From the NCBI GenBank assembly GCA_964005815.1, contig CAXFSR010000009.1, positions 1 through 64,000 of the forward strand: a stretch of DNA of 64,000 nucleotides. The letters are read 5' to 3'. This document shows, piece by piece, positions 62,289 through 64,000 of the stretch. The translations under genes were made by a program, and so were the position numbers. The stretch is from an uncultured Nitrospinaceae bacterium. Lineage in GTDB: Bacteria; UBA8248. Within the stretch, counting starts at the first letter, position 1. Each line of letters opens with the position of its first letter. The notes under the pieces were generated by a model. It was given only the letters and a program-made list of their open reading frames with translations. It was not told the origin of the DNA and did not search any database.

Positions 62289-63071
62289 CTATTGTAAGGT
62301 GAGTCCTCCGTCCATTGGGAAAAGTCCTCCGGTAACATAAGAAGAGGCATCTGAACATAGATATATTACGAGTGAGGGTAATTCTTCAGGCTGTCCTACT
62401 CTAGAGGCTGGAATTCTTTTTACGTATGCTTCTAAAGCAGCAGGATCGTTCATCAATGGAGCTCCCATATCCGTATCAAATTGACCAGGAATTATTATAT
62501 TGGCTCTTATCCCATATTTTGCCCAGTCTACAGCAATAGATTGTGTAAGAACATGGACGGCAGCTTTTGAGGCAGCATAAATAGGTACATTTGGTCTGGC
62601 TCTAAAACCTGCGACCGAACCAAAATTGACGATCCTTCCACCACCATTTTCAGAAACTACTTTTTGTTTCATGTGATTCGCTGCGGCATTGCATATATAG
62701 AAAGTCCCAAAAGTATTTATTTGAAATGTTTTTTCCATTTCTTCCTCACTCATTTCTAGACAAGGAACACGGGGACATATGCCAGCAGCATTTACAAGAA
62801 TGTCTAGTTTGCCGAAATTTTTTGCAGCGGCATCTATTGCTTTTTTAACAGAATCTGGATTTGAAATATCCATCGCACAAGTTATTGAGTCGCTTCCTAG
62901 TTCTTTGATTTCTTTAGAGACTTCGATTAATTTTCTTTCGTCAGTTGCTCCTAAAGCAACATTAGCTCCAAATTCAGCTAAGGCAAGTGCACAAGCTCTT
63001 CCTAGCCCTCTGCTTCCTCCACTCACAAATGCGACTTTTCCATCTAGATTAAATTTGTTTTTCAAATCCAT
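62289..63071 (-). CDS. Short-chain dehydrogenase/reductase (SDR)
   Basis: SGGSRGLG, LVNAAG, YAASK, GIRAN, DGG. Confidence 0.9.
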   Translation of the reverse strand: MDLKNKFNLDGKVAFVSGGSRGLGRACALALAEFGANVALGATDERKLIEVSKEIKELGSDSITCAMDISNPDSVKKAIDAAAKNFGKLDILVNAAGICPRVPCLEMSEEEMEKTFQINTFGTFYICNAAANHMKQKVVSENGGGRIVNFGSVAGFRARPNVPIYAASKAAVHVLTQSIAVDWAKYGIRANIIIPGQFDTDMGAPLMNDPAALEAYVKRIPASRVGQPEELPSLVIYLCSDASSYVTGGLFPMDGGLTLQ

Positions 63072-63101
63072 TTCAAAATCCTTTTAAAAAAAATTACGAA
63101 A

Positions 63102-63545
63102 TTATGCTTGGTTTGGGTCGATCCAGTTTAATTCTAACAAATTACCGTCGGGGTCTTTAAAAAAAACGAGTTTTCTCTCGGGAACTCTCGAAAGAATTTG
63201 ACATTGTAGTTGTACATTATTTTTCTCTAAATGTTCTACAGTTTCTTCCATATTTTCAACCCAAAAAGTTAAATAACGAAATCCAATTTGTGAATCAGCT
63301 AGTTTATGTTCATTTCCTATTGGGCTATTTTCAAAATCAAGTAATTTAATCAAAATGTCACCAAACCTTAACGCATGTAATCTAAGATTGTTTTCACCAA
63401 ATCCAGCTTGTTGGATAAAGTCTCTAGGAATCTCTGTTGTTGCAACTTCAGTACATCCAAGGACTTCTATATAGAAATTTTTCATTTTATCAATATTATT
63501 AGTGGCCAATCCAATATCAACACTTTTTTGTGTGACATGCATCAT
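63102..63545 (-). CDS. VOC/glyoxalase family protein
   Basis: FYIEVLG, GFRYLTFWV, FFKDPDGNLLEL. Confidence 0.82.
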   Translation of the reverse strand: MMHVTQKSVDIGLATNNIDKMKNFYIEVLGCTEVATTEIPRDFIQQAGFGENNLRLHALRFGDILIKLLDFENSPIGNEHKLADSQIGFRYLTFWVENMEETVEHLEKNNVQLQCQILSRVPERKLVFFKDPDGNLLELNWIDPNQA

Positions 63546-63572
63546 TTGGTGTCTCCTATTAAATTATAAAAA

Positions 63573-64000
63573 TTAAACCATTGGGATTTTGATTTTTTCT
63601 CCGGTTTTTGCTGATAAATCAATAGCCATCGTTAGTTCTACAGTTTGTCTTCCTTCTTGAGCTGTGGTGTGTTGACAGGGATGACCAGTCGCGAGGTGAT
63701 CAAGCCACGTTCTAGTTTCATTCGCGATGGGTCCCCAATAATCTCCCATAGACCAATCTCCAGAAGAGTTAGTTTGCATAAAAACAAGGCTCGATTGGTG
63801 TCCTGGGACATAAGCGTGTGGAACACCTTTGTCTGTATAAAGAAGACTGTCTTTATTATCGGTGTCTAAAAGAATAACACCATCGGTTCCTAGTACTTCG
63901 AAACGAGCGCTCTGCCCGTGAGTAGGATATTTTGCTGGTAATGCGTAGCAGATTCCTAGATTGACGACGGCTCCGTCTTCAAAAGTGATAATTGCCCAAG
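63573..64000 (-). CDS. Gfo/Idh/MocA-family oxidoreductase, C-terminal part (5' end outside window)
   Basis: Frame open from window edge: WAIITFEDGAVVNLGICYALP...RFEVLGTDG...TTAQEGRQTVELTMAIDLSAKTGEKIKIP; track ORF 63573-63779 is only its tail. Confidence 0.7.
   Translation of the reverse strand, partial: WAIITFEDGAVVNLGICYALPAKYPTHGQSARFEVLGTDGVILLDTDNKDSLLYTDKGVPHAYVPGHQSSLVFMQTNSSGDWSMGDYWGPIANETRTWLDHLATGHPCQHTTAQEGRQTVELTMAIDLSAKTGEKIKIPMV

Noticed and set aside
48848..64000. tRNA-anchored genomic island or prophage
   Set aside because: No integrase, transposase, phage gene or repeat of the tRNA 3' end seen; composition looks similar to the rest by eye

Overview
AT-rich, gene-dense bacterial chromosomal segment (Gram-negative type: RND/MFS pumps, periplasmic c-type cytochromes, lipoproteins). 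I saw no integrase, transposase, CRISPR array or rRNA. Core genes: queF, nrdJ (B12-dependent RNR), lpdA, a peptide ABC transporter, dacB, recJ, moaDE, trpFBA-leuCDB-asd-mtnP-hemL-ftsB-like and an initiator tRNA-Met. These are interleaved with many redox and catabolic genes. The main hidden signal is in-frame UGA codons that the ORF track splits or truncates. Two are strong selenoprotein candidates, each with a SECIS-like hairpin about 20 nt downstream: an AhpD/CMD-like protein (CxxU, 17867-18541) and an exported peroxiredoxin-like protein (UxxC, 32534-33088). Two more lie in the first transmembrane helix of both genes of an EmrAB-type efflux pair (54210-57001) with no clear SECIS; these are unexplained. 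Other points of interest: a His/Tyr-type (MauG-like) diheme peroxidase-cytochrome c-beta-propeller cluster, a metal-binding/degenerate pair of flavodiiron-like MBL-fold proteins, a three-domain Rid protein, a MoaD whose Gly-Gly end is masked and in frame with moaE, and overlapping DnaA/NrdR-like boxes upstream of nrdJ. Family assignments come from motif recognition only; no database searches were run.
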